Below, in pieces: positions 1 to 9,154 of a DNA stretch of 64,000 nucleotides. The stretch covers positions 2,816,001 to 2,880,000 of the forward strand of contig OZ271918.1 of assembly GCA_965602015.1 (NCBI GenBank), given 5' to 3'. Source of the DNA: Salinispira sp. (GTDB taxonomy: Bacteria; Spirochaetota; Spirochaetia; DSM-27196; Salinispiraceae). Both the position numbers and the translations under genes were made by a program. The notes under the pieces are model-generated. The model saw only the letters and a program-made list of their open reading frames with translations, had not been told where the DNA came from and made no database searches. How positions within the stretch are numbered: the stretch's first letter is position 1; each line of letters begins with the position of its first letter.

Positions 1-2
1 GG

Positions 3-1061
3 GCGTACTCCAAAATGCTGTACATCACCGAGCCGGTTCACGTCATGACCCTTCCTTATTTCCTTGAGAAGATTTACACCGGCGAAATCCAGCCGAGCAT
101 CGATGAAATGGGTAGAAGTTTTCGGGAAGTTCTGGCCAAACAGGACAAGATGAGCAAAAAGGAACGGGACGCCACCGAGCTCTTTTTTACCGACACCCCT
201 GAGGATCGGGTTCGTTACGAAATCCAGATGGTCTCCCGAGACATGGGCGGACTTCTTTCGGGATCAAAAACGAAAAATCTACCGATTCTCAGCAATCAGA
301 CGCCTGCGGGAAGCCTGGAACGGCTGTTACTCGATCCGGAAACCTGCGCGGAACATGCAAAATTCTACCGCGACAGGGATATTTCCCTCTTTTACCGGGA
401 GGTTGTATCTCGTCACAAACTGGGTACCGATATCATCCGTCAGGAGATACTGCCCCATTTCGTTCTTTACCCCCTCTCGGGAAGCCGGATGATGATGTGG
501 CAGGAGCTTGACGGACCACGGAAGGACACGCCGGCGCGCTTTATGCTCCCCCTGTATTTCACTGAAAATCCCCGGGAGCAGATCGGCAACCTGCTCGGTC
601 AGTTCCGCTGGGAGATTTCCAGAAGCGCTGCCGGCGCGAATTGGATGGATCCCGTAGAAGGCGGATTGGCCGGGGCATACTACGATTACATCCAATTTTT
701 TAAGAAGAACCCTAAACTTTCCTCGGCCCATAAGGAAAAAATCCAGCAACTGATAAAAAAAACCCGCTCCGACCGGGACCGGTTCTGCAGCGACTACATC
801 ACCTGGCTGCTGTACGAATACGAAGGCAAGCTCCGGTTCAACCCGGTGGTCAGGGATATTTTTTACCGTTTTATCCATTTTAGTGCGGAAATGAGGGAGA
901 CCATGGCCGCCAAACCTCTGTACACGGACCTTGAAACAAAGTTTCAAAACCGGCTGCGCAAAGATCAGCTCAAACTCGAGAGCCGCATAAAAAAGTTCGA
1001 GAAGTCCGGCGTTCCCCTTCCTGACGAGATTGCCGCATACCGTGATTTTCTGGAATCCTGA
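3..1061 (+). CDS. Conserved hypothetical protein, 5'-truncated by the window edge (C-terminal part of a large cytoplasmic protein, possibly of the cyclic-nucleotide-binding-domain protein type of spirochaetes/clostridia)
   Basis: Frame is open from position 3 (AYSK before the Met at 15). 348+ aa with coding-like composition; the GSRMMMWQE...ARF and GL..AYYDYIQFFKKN blocks look conserved. Family is from recall only. Confidence 0.6.
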   Translation, partial: AYSKMLYITEPVHVMTLPYFLEKIYTGEIQPSIDEMGRSFREVLAKQDKMSKKERDATELFFTDTPEDRVRYEIQMVSRDMGGLLSGSKTKNLPILSNQTPAGSLERLLLDPETCAEHAKFYRDRDISLFYREVVSRHKLGTDIIRQEILPHFVLYPLSGSRMMMWQELDGPRKDTPARFMLPLYFTENPREQIGNLLGQFRWEISRSAAGANWMDPVEGGLAGAYYDYIQFFKKNPKLSSAHKEKIQQLIKKTRSDRDRFCSDYITWLLYEYEGKLRFNPVVRDIFYRFIHFSAEMRETMAAKPLYTDLETKFQNRLRKDQLKLESRIKKFEKSGVPLPDEIAAYRDFLES

Positions 1062-1070
1062 TATTTTTGA

Positions 1071-1218
1071 ACTGCCCCGAAAACAGCTGATTTTCCGGTG
1101 TTAAAACACCGTGTGAGAATGATATGCCGGAATACTTGCCGATACCTGCAGTGGAGGGCGGGCAAGTCCTGTCTGGTAAGTAATGTAGATGATTTAAATC
1201 AGCTGTTTTCGGGGCAGT
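1071..1218. mobile_element. MITE-like 148-bp element with 23-bp perfect terminal inverted repeats
   Basis: ACTGCCCCGAAAACAGCTGATTT (1071-1093) and its exact reverse complement (1196-1218). Internal IRs at 1096-1111 and 1134-1167. Related ends at 32827-32878 and 40472-40495. No clear target-site duplication. Confidence 0.6.
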
Positions 1219-1428
1219 ATGTAATAATTCCCCGCACTGAAGCCCGACCACTGTATTTTCCCTTCGATTTGTGATATATTTTCAAAATATCACGGAGATA
1301 CCACACTTATCACGTTATGTGAATTAACTGCAATTATATTTCATAATGTGAACTTTTTTTGTTGTCGGCTGCAGGATAAGCTGAGTACTTTAGTGGGGTT
1401 ATAAAACGGAGTTCCGGAGGAAGCTTGT

Positions 1429-2706
1429 ATGAAGAAAAACACTGTAGGAATCAGCGATATCGCGCTGTACGTGCCGTCGCCGAAAATCACCCTCGACACG
1501 ATATTTTCGACACGGGTTCAACAGGATCCGGACTTTGAACGCCGTCTGAGACGGGCCATCGACGTCACCGGTCAGAAAGCCATACGTTTTCCCGATGTTT
1601 TTGAAGACAACGCCACTATCGCCGCCAATTCTGCCAAGCGTCTGCTAGATCAAAACAACGATCTGAACCTCGATAATGTCCGCTATCTTACGGTGGGAAC
1701 CGAGACCAGCGTTGACATGAGTAAACCGATTTCCGCCTATGTGGAAGGGATGCTCCAGAGGGCCGGGTACAAACTGCCGACCAAGCTCAGCAGCTTCCAG
1801 GTGCAGCACGCCTGCGCCGGTGGAACCCTGGCCATGCTCTCGGTTTCGGCCCTCTTAAAGGCCAGCCCGCGGGAACATGAAGCGGGCATGGTTATCTGTT
1901 CAGATATTGCCCGTTACGACGCCCCGTCCACCGCCGAAATTACCCAGGGAGCGGGTTCCGCCACCCTTCTTATTGAAAAGAATCCCAAACTGGTCGAACT
2001 GGACCTGGAAACCCAGGGCTATTCCTCGTCGGATGTCGATGACTTTTTCCGGCCCCTGGGGAGCACCACCGCCAAGGTCAAAGGCCGGTACTCGGTAGAG
2101 TGTTATCACACTGCCCTGGACGAGGCCATGGCGGATCATGCGGAACGCCGCGGTATGGATCTCAAGGAAATCATGGGCGAAACCGATATGTTCGTCTTCC
2201 ACGTTCCCTTCGCCCAGATGGCGGTCAACGCGATTAAGCGGCTATTGAACCAGCACCTGGATCTCAGGGAACATGAGGCGGAGAATTTCCTCAACGCCAG
2301 GGGCTTTTATCGGGCTCTGGACGCCACCGCACAGGTGGGCAACATTTACACCGGTGCCATGTATCTCAACCTGGCAGCGCAGCTGGCGGAAAATTACCGG
2401 CTCTACGGCAAAGACATCGTTGGAAAGAAAATCCTGCTCACCAGCTACGGAAGCGGAAATACCATGATCGTCATGTCGGGCACCGTGTCTTCCCAGGCGC
2501 CGGCTCTGCTGGAAAAACGCAACATCCATTCCCAACTGAACCACGATCGTGCCGCCTCCTGGGACGAGTACGAGCGCTGGATTCAGCTGCCCAACGATCC
2601 CGAAACAATTAACGGCATGATTCGGGAATCGAAGCTCCCCGAGGATATCTTCGTACTCGAGGGAATACGGGAAGACGGTTACCGCCAATACAGCTTCAAA
2701 AGATAG
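1429..2706 (+). CDS. mvaS: Hydroxymethylglutaryl-CoA synthase
   Basis: GTETSVD..K, HACAGG (catalytic Cys), TQGAG, DFFRP, FHVPF, GNIYTG, SYGSG motifs; GGAGG RBS upstream. Confidence 0.95.
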   Translation: MKKNTVGISDIALYVPSPKITLDTIFSTRVQQDPDFERRLRRAIDVTGQKAIRFPDVFEDNATIAANSAKRLLDQNNDLNLDNVRYLTVGTETSVDMSKPISAYVEGMLQRAGYKLPTKLSSFQVQHACAGGTLAMLSVSALLKASPREHEAGMVICSDIARYDAPSTAEITQGAGSATLLIEKNPKLVELDLETQGYSSSDVDDFFRPLGSTTAKVKGRYSVECYHTALDEAMADHAERRGMDLKEIMGETDMFVFHVPFAQMAVNAIKRLLNQHLDLREHEAENFLNARGFYRALDATAQVGNIYTGAMYLNLAAQLAENYRLYGKDIVGKKILLTSYGSGNTMIVMSGTVSSQAPALLEKRNIHSQLNHDRAASWDEYERWIQLPNDPETINGMIRESKLPEDIFVLEGIREDGYRQYSFKR

Positions 2707-2713
2707 GACATTC

Positions 2714-5266
2714 ATGAGCAACTCGGACATCTCGAAATCACCCGCAGAGAGCAATCCTGCGGGTGAAAATTTAGGGGCCCGCAAGCAGGCTCACATCGAT
2801 ATCTGCGTAGATCCCCGTCAGCCCGTCGAGGGCGGACGAGGCATGTACGACCAGGTTAGTTTTCTTCACCGCAGCCTTCCAGAAATAGACGTCCATCAGA
2901 TCGACAGCGGCGTGGATTTTTTGGGAATCCGGCTGTCTTCCCCGGTACTCATTTCCTGCATGACCGGCGGCTCGGATGAGGGGTACCAGCTGAACCGCAC
3001 CTTGGCGCGAACAGCCCAACAGCTGGGATTTGCCGTGGGTACCGGGAGCCTTCGCATACTCCTGAGAAAGCCCGAAGTAACCGATCACTTCCGGCTGAAG
3101 GAACTGGCCCCCGATGTGCCGGTAATCGGAAATATCGGCGCGGTTCAGCTTCCAGAGCTCTTCGGCGACGGCGGCAGCGAAATAAAGCGCTTCCTGAAAA
3201 TTATTGAGTCCCTTGGCCTGGACGCCCTGGCAGTCCACCTCAATCCCGGACAGGAGATTTTCCAAAATCACGGGGACCGGAACTTCCGGGGCCTGGTAGA
3301 CCACATAGCCCGGCTGGTTGGGCTGTCTAAGCTTCCGATAATTGCAAAGGAAACCGGCGCGGGCATCGGGCCCGCGGAGGCCGAAACCCTCTTTCGCGCC
3401 GGTGTCCGCTATGTGGATATCGCCGGCGCAGGGGGAACCAACTGGATGTCCGTTGAGGCAATCCGGGAAACCCCCGAGGCCCTTGAAGATGAGCTGGGTG
3501 ACTTTGCACACTGGGGCCTGCCCAGCGCCGTCGCCCTATCGGCCGCGGTAGAGCGCTGCACATCCGCCGGGGTTATTCCGTCGGACGGCGGCATAATCGC
3601 CTCGGGGGGCATTCGAAGCGCCGTGGATTTTGCCAAATCCGTCGCCCTTGGAGCTGATATTGCCGGGGCAGCCCTGCCGTTTATCAGGGCAGCCAAGGAA
3701 GGCGGGTTCGACGGCGCCGTGGCATACGGCGAACGCCTTATGCGGGGAATCCACAAGGCCATGCTGCTCAGCGCTTCCCCGGACATCCCGGCTCTGCGCC
3801 GGGCCCCGCTTATCTACAGCCGGGAATTTACTTATCAGAAGGATCAAATCCTCAGCGCTTCCCGGTCGGTCAACGTGGGCCGGGCTGTCCCTGACGCCGT
3901 TTTATCCGGGCAAACAGAATCCGCCGGTCATACAGGTTCGGCGGATTTAGCCGAGTCCGCGGAACCCGGCAACAACGCATTGGCAGACCGGAAATTCCGC
4001 AAATACTCAATCGCCCGGCGCCGCGAGCTGCTTTCTTCCGACCGGTCTCTTGCCCTGGACAGCGAGGACTTTGCCGCCAGCGGCCACAGTTCGGCACTCC
4101 TCGATCTGGCAGACGTCATGGTTGAAACCGCCGTCGGGTTCATGCCCGTGCCTCTTGGCATTGCCCGGAACTTTATCATCGACGGAGAGACGGTTCACCT
4201 GCCCATGGCCGTGGAAGAACCCTCGGTAATCGCCGCAGCCAGTTACGCCGCGAGCATAATCGGCCGTCACGGCGGTTTTCGAACTGAAGCCGACGAACCC
4301 TTGCTCTCATCCTATGTCTACCTGAGCCTGAAGGGTATTCCCGGAGATGAAGACATTGACCGGGTATGCAAAACGGTTATTCAGGCCGAGCCCGAGTTGG
4401 CAGATGAACTACAGGATATTCTCCAGCCCATGACCCGCCGCGGCGGGGGATACCGGGGGCTGGAGGTCAGCTGGCTGCCCGACAGCCGCTGCCTTCGGGT
4501 CGAAATAACCATAGACGTGCGGGATGCCATGGGCGCCAATCTGGTCAATACCGCCGCGGAGGCGGTGACCCCACTGCTTGAGGAATTGACCGGGGGCACC
4601 AAACTCATGGCGATACTCAGCAACCAGGCGGAAATGCGCACCGCGGCCGCCGAGTTCACCCTGCCCTTCGGCGCTCTTCAGCGGGGACGCTTCAAAGGCC
4701 GGGAACTGGCCGAGCGCATAGTCCGGCTGTGGGAAATAGCCGATGAGGATCCCGCGCGGGCGGTAACCCACAACAAGGGAATCATGAACGGCATCAGCTC
4801 CCTGGCCCTGGCCACCGCCAACGATACCAGGGCGACAGAAGCGGCTGCCCACGCCTGGGCGGCCCGGGACGGCCGTTACCGAAGCCTCAGCCGATACTGG
4901 ATAGAAGGCGAGACCCTCAGGGGCAGGCTTCATCTGCCCCTGGCCTTCGGAACCGTCGGCGGAGGCATATCATTTCACCCGGTAGCCCGGAGCGTGCTAA
5001 AAATCCTTGGAAGCCCCGGGGCTCCGGCGCTTTCCCGCTATGCGGTAGCCCTTGGGCTTGCCCAGAATTTCTCGGCGGTCTCAGCCCTGGCAGGCGAGGG
5101 CATACAACAGGGACACATGAGACTGCACGCCGGCAGGCTTGCATTTTCCGCCGGCGCCCGTGGCGAAGAGATAGCCCGGGTCTCCGCCGCCTTGCAGGAA
5201 TCCGGCACCTTCAACGCCGAAGAGGCCAAGCGACTGCTCTCGGAGCTGCGTGGAGACGGGAAATGA
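2714..5266 (+). CDS. fni-mvaA: Fusion of type 2 isopentenyl-diphosphate isomerase (N-terminal ~380 aa) and class II HMG-CoA reductase (C-terminal ~425 aa)
   Basis: IDI-2 motifs RKQAHI, MTGG, HLNPGQE, KETG, GAGGT, SGGIR; HMGR motifs EEPSV, DAMGAN, THNKG, QQGHMRLH; one 850-aa open frame. Confidence 0.92.
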   Translation: MSNSDISKSPAESNPAGENLGARKQAHIDICVDPRQPVEGGRGMYDQVSFLHRSLPEIDVHQIDSGVDFLGIRLSSPVLISCMTGGSDEGYQLNRTLARTAQQLGFAVGTGSLRILLRKPEVTDHFRLKELAPDVPVIGNIGAVQLPELFGDGGSEIKRFLKIIESLGLDALAVHLNPGQEIFQNHGDRNFRGLVDHIARLVGLSKLPIIAKETGAGIGPAEAETLFRAGVRYVDIAGAGGTNWMSVEAIRETPEALEDELGDFAHWGLPSAVALSAAVERCTSAGVIPSDGGIIASGGIRSAVDFAKSVALGADIAGAALPFIRAAKEGGFDGAVAYGERLMRGIHKAMLLSASPDIPALRRAPLIYSREFTYQKDQILSASRSVNVGRAVPDAVLSGQTESAGHTGSADLAESAEPGNNALADRKFRKYSIARRRELLSSDRSLALDSEDFAASGHSSALLDLADVMVETAVGFMPVPLGIARNFIIDGETVHLPMAVEEPSVIAAASYAASIIGRHGGFRTEADEPLLSSYVYLSLKGIPGDEDIDRVCKTVIQAEPELADELQDILQPMTRRGGGYRGLEVSWLPDSRCLRVEITIDVRDAMGANLVNTAAEAVTPLLEELTGGTKLMAILSNQAEMRTAAAEFTLPFGALQRGRFKGRELAERIVRLWEIADEDPARAVTHNKGIMNGISSLALATANDTRATEAAAHAWAARDGRYRSLSRYWIEGETLRGRLHLPLAFGTVGGGISFHPVARSVLKILGSPGAPALSRYAVALGLAQNFSAVSALAGEGIQQGHMRLHAGRLAFSAGARGEEIARVSAALQESGTFNAEEAKRLLSELRGDGK

Positions 5267-6294
5267 ACCGCGGGGTACGAGCATCCGCCCATCCCAACCT
5301 GGCATTGGTTAAATACTGGGGAAAAAAGGATACGGAAAAAAATCTCCCGGCAACCGGCAGCCTGGGAATAAGCCTTGACTCCTTTGTTACGGAAACCCGG
5401 GTACGCGCAATGGAAGGCTCGGGCGGCGCTGCTTCCGCGGAATTTGACGGCATCCGGAGCGCTGCCGGACTCTCCTGGACCATCAGCATAAACGGTGAGC
5501 TGCAGTCCGGCGGCAACTTTCCGCCCTTTTTCCACAAGCTCGGAGAACTGTACGCCGGGCCGCCCATGACCCTGAATGTGGAAAGCAGCAATAACTTTCC
5601 CACGGCAGCGGGCCTTGCAAGCTCAGCCAGCGGCTTCGCCGCACTGGCCGGAGCCGCGTCGTCCGCTCTGGGACTGGACCTCAATCCGGCTGAGCTCTCG
5701 TCTCTGGCCCGAATCGGCTCGGGGTCGGCGACCCGCTCGGTATTCCCCGGTTTTGTCGCCTACCCCGAAGGGGCTTCCCGGGCCGAACAGCTGTTTCCCG
5801 CAGAACATTGGCCCGATCTGCGATGCATCATCGTCCGGGTGAGCGACGGGACCAAGGCTGTGTCCAGCCGCAAGGCCATGGAGGCAAGCCGAAGCACTTC
5901 GCCGTATTACGGTTCCTGGATAGAGGACAGCAGGAAGCTCTACCGCCGGGGCATTGAAGCCCTTGAACGCCGGGACATTGAGGCCCTGGGACCGGTTATG
6001 CGCAACAGCTATCTGCGTATGTTTTCCACCATGTTCAGCGCCGCAGAGCCCCTGATTTATTGGCAGCCCGAAAGCCTGCGCATTATCGCCCTCGCCGAAG
6101 ATCTTCGCAGAAAAAATATTCCGGTCTACGAAACCATGGATGCGGGCCCCCAGGTTAAGCTCATAACCCTGGCGGAATTCAGCGACCGGATACTCGAAGA
6201 ATTACGACATACCGGAGCTCACCGGGAGCTGTATGTGAGCTCGGTCGGCGGCGGACTGGAAGTCATCCCGGAGGATCATGATGGAAAAAGCTAG
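5263..6294 (+). CDS. mvaD: Diphosphomevalonate decarboxylase
   Basis: NLALVKYWGK, PTAAGLASSASG, GSGSA.RS, MDAGP motifs; ATGA overlap with the upstream gene. Confidence 0.95.
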   Translation: MNRGVRASAHPNLALVKYWGKKDTEKNLPATGSLGISLDSFVTETRVRAMEGSGGAASAEFDGIRSAAGLSWTISINGELQSGGNFPPFFHKLGELYAGPPMTLNVESSNNFPTAAGLASSASGFAALAGAASSALGLDLNPAELSSLARIGSGSATRSVFPGFVAYPEGASRAEQLFPAEHWPDLRCIIVRVSDGTKAVSSRKAMEASRSTSPYYGSWIEDSRKLYRRGIEALERRDIEALGPVMRNSYLRMFSTMFSAAEPLIYWQPESLRIIALAEDLRRKNIPVYETMDAGPQVKLITLAEFSDRILEELRHTGAHRELYVSSVGGGLEVIPEDHDGKS

Positions 6295-7285
6295 GGAAAT
6301 CCGCGCAGAGGCGCCGGGCAACCTGCTGATTAGCGGGGAATACGTCATTCTGGAAGACGGCGGCCAAGGCCTGGCAATGGCGTGCGGGCCCCGGGCCACC
6401 GGTCGCAGCTGGGCGGGACGAACCGAATGGTCGGTCATTCACGCAATCACAGGAGAAGGCGCCATAAGCCTGAATACCGCTACCGACGTCAGCGAGCCGC
6501 CGTTTATTATCAAGGCCTTCCGCTCCCTTCAGCGGCAGCTGAGCGAGGCAGGTCATCCCGCGCCGGTTCTCGAACTGGAGATCGACACCCGCAGCTTTTA
6601 TCACCGGGGCCGAAAACTGGGGTTCGGAAGCTCGGCGGCGGCGACAGTTATCCTCAGCGCACTGATATGCGCAGAGAGCCTCCCGGCCGATAAACTCAGC
6701 CGCGATGCAATCCGCCACATGGCAGTAAACGCCCACCGTGATGCCCAGGGTAAGCGGGGAAGCGGCTACGATATCCTCACAAGCTGCTACGGCGCATCGG
6801 GTGTGTTCACCGGCGGGGAGGTTCCCGGGTGGCAGCCCCTCGAAATTAACCACCCCCTGTACAGCATAAAAAAATTCAGCTTCCCCGGTCCCAAGGAGGT
6901 GGACAGCCGTGATGCGGTCCGCCGGTATATGGGCTGGAAAGAAAGCGCCGACGAGTACTACAGCAGTTTTATCCGGCGGTCACAGGAACTGGTACACAAT
7001 CTCTCCTCCAGCACGAGCGAGGAAGACCTCATCAGAAACATCAACGAATCCCGGCTGCTTTCCGCCGAACTGGGTGATTCAATCGGAGTGGAGAGCTGGA
7101 TTTCTCCCCCGAGCCCCTTCTATGAGCGGGCGGCATGGAAGGGCAGCGGTGCGGGAAATGAACTTGGCTTGCTGTTCCTGAGCTCCGCAAGTACATCTAC
7201 GGTGCCCCAAGAGTACGCCCCCCTCGAAATGAGCGATTCGGGGGTTTGCTTGTTCAGTCCCGAAGGCAGTGCTATACTTCAGTAG
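6278..7285 (+). CDS. mvaK2: Phosphomevalonate kinase (GHMP kinase)
   Basis: APGNLLISGEY, KLGFGSSAA, AH..AQG..GSGYD, SGAG motifs; position in the MVA operon. Confidence 0.85.
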   Translation: MMEKAREIRAEAPGNLLISGEYVILEDGGQGLAMACGPRATGRSWAGRTEWSVIHAITGEGAISLNTATDVSEPPFIIKAFRSLQRQLSEAGHPAPVLELEIDTRSFYHRGRKLGFGSSAAATVILSALICAESLPADKLSRDAIRHMAVNAHRDAQGKRGSGYDILTSCYGASGVFTGGEVPGWQPLEINHPLYSIKKFSFPGPKEVDSRDAVRRYMGWKESADEYYSSFIRRSQELVHNLSSSTSEEDLIRNINESRLLSAELGDSIGVESWISPPSPFYERAAWKGSGAGNELGLLFLSSASTSTVPQEYAPLEMSDSGVCLFSPEGSAILQ

Positions 7286-7324
7286 CGCTGCCCGGCAGCC
7301 CAACGAACCGCCACAGGAGCATCC

Positions 7325-8368
7325 ATGGCAGCACACGCCGAACCCGTCGAACCTCCGTTGCAATTCTCCAGTTCGGGAAAACTCCTTTTATTCGGTGAAC
7401 ACGCCGCGGTTTACGGCTATCCGGCAGTCGGCGTCAGCCTCGATTGCAGCCTGACCCTGGAAATCAGCCCATCGGATGACCGCGGAGGCACTGCGGCGTT
7501 CCCGGGACTCACAGCCCCGGAACGCGATCTGGCGCTTGCGGTTATGGCAAAGGCGGCTGAACTATTGCCTGAGCTGTCCATACCTTCCGGCGTATACCGC
7601 TTTTTCGGCGATGTGCCCCGCTCCTCTGGCTTCGGTTCCTCGGCGGCCCTGTGTGTAAACCTGGCGCGTTATCTTGTGCACCTTGCCGAGGCGCAGAGCG
7701 CCGATCTGCAGCACCTGCTGCCGAAATTCCAGCATGCAAGTCAGTGGCCCCGGCAGGAGCAGCGGCAGTATCTGCTGTGGTTCATCGCCAACGAACTGGA
7801 AAAGGTCTTTCACGGCTCTCCCTCAGGCATCGATACCGGACTTGCCGCCCTTGGCGGCATTCAGGCGTTCTTCCCCCGGTCGCGCAAACTGCCGGATTCC
7901 ATGGCCCTCTCAAGCGCCGGCGACGGCATATACCTGGTATACGCAGCGGTTCCCCGTCAGGGCAACACCATGGGCTTGGTGGGAGATCTGCAAAAAGCCA
8001 TGCTTGAAGAGACGCCGCGGGTTGTTCAAGCCATGGAAGCGTTGGGTGAGCTGGCTCACCAGGCCATAGAATGTTTTCAGAACTGCGCAGCGGACACCCA
8101 AACCGCATCTTTAGGCGCCTTGGCCGTCAAGGCCAGGGACAGACTGGAAACCCTGAACCTCAATACCGATGACATGGACAGAATTCTCGACCGGGGCCAA
8201 CGCCTGGGCAGCCCGGGCGGCAAGCTCAGCGGAGCCGGAGGGGGAGGCGCCTTTTACCTCTACGCCGCTTCCAGGGAAGCCGCCGGCGAGCTGCAGGAGC
8301 AGCTGACGGTGTTCTGCCGGCAGAAGGCCCTTGAGCTGAGCCAGCCCCTGCGCATCCTCAAAATCTGA
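7325..8368 (+). CDS. mvaK1: Mevalonate kinase (GHMP kinase)
   Basis: GKLLLFGEHAAVYG, GFGSSAA, E..FHG.PSGID, KLSGAGGGG motifs; CAGGAG RBS. Confidence 0.9.
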   Translation: MAAHAEPVEPPLQFSSSGKLLLFGEHAAVYGYPAVGVSLDCSLTLEISPSDDRGGTAAFPGLTAPERDLALAVMAKAAELLPELSIPSGVYRFFGDVPRSSGFGSSAALCVNLARYLVHLAEAQSADLQHLLPKFQHASQWPRQEQRQYLLWFIANELEKVFHGSPSGIDTGLAALGGIQAFFPRSRKLPDSMALSSAGDGIYLVYAAVPRQGNTMGLVGDLQKAMLEETPRVVQAMEALGELAHQAIECFQNCAADTQTASLGALAVKARDRLETLNLNTDDMDRILDRGQRLGSPGGKLSGAGGGGAFYLYAASREAAGELQEQLTVFCRQKALELSQPLRILKI

Positions 8369-8392
8369 ACACAAGCCGCATGGCGCGGCTTT

Positions 8393-9154
8393 TTACACAT
8401 GCAGTCTGCGACGCACCCGGTCGCTGTGGCTCACCAGATATTCGATAATCCAGTACAGCGCGCCGAGGGGAACGAGGCTCGCCGCGACGATCAGGCCCCA
8501 CCCGAAATACTCGCCGGACAGCAGAAACGAGCTGACAAGGGCGTCGATTATTACCACATACGCGCTCATCCAGAGAAACAGCAGGGGACCGCGGCGGACA
8601 GATCCCGGGGGCTGGAGGGTATAAAAGAACGCCATAATCACCCCCAGGGTCGCCAGGGTCAAAAGGCCGCCGAAATCCACCGCCCAGTTCAGCATGTGGT
8701 CCGCATCGACCTGATCGACATACAACAGATATCCCCAGGTGGCCAGGGCATTGAGAAGCATCAGGAGCCAGAATCTCCGTCTGCGGCGGGCGCGCCGGCG
8801 GGATGGCGGACCAGGTTTCGCATTGAGGTAAAAAACCAGCGAAGGCATGCTGATATACAGGAATAACAGCCCCAAGGCACCGACTACGAGAATCGACCAG
8901 CTCGCCCGCTGATTTATCAGCAAATCGACAATAAGAGATATTGCGGCGGGGACAAAAACTACGCCGGCGGTCACCAGGGCGATAATCCAGGGCCGTTTGC
9001 GCACCCGCTCAGCGACTCCTTCATAGCGCAATTCGGGCCGGGCAAGCACATCTGCGGGCACTTCCGGGCGTGATTCCTGGAGAGGGCTGCCGCACAGGGG
9101 ACACAATGGATGATCGCCTTTTACCGCAACAGCGCAATCGGGGCAATAGTTCAC
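8393..9154 (-). CDS. Membrane protein with N-terminal zinc ribbon (DUF6320-like)
   Basis: CPDC...CPLC, then about 6 hydrophobic segments; C-terminal RRRLHV; 4-bp overlap with the upstream gene. Confidence 0.75.
   Translation of the reverse strand: MNYCPDCAVAVKGDHPLCPLCGSPLQESRPEVPADVLARPELRYEGVAERVRKRPWIIALVTAGVVFVPAAISLIVDLLINQRASWSILVVGALGLLFLYISMPSLVFYLNAKPGPPSRRRARRRRRFWLLMLLNALATWGYLLYVDQVDADHMLNWAVDFGGLLTLATLGVIMAFFYTLQPPGSVRRGPLLFLWMSAYVVIIDALVSSFLLSGEYFGWGLIVAASLVPLGALYWIIEYLVSHSDRVRRRLHV

Noticed and set aside
1269..1352. Rex or CRP box upstream of mvaS
   Set aside because: Several TGTGA/TCAC half-sites and a 7-bp IR (1271-1293) are present, but none has the consensus spacing.
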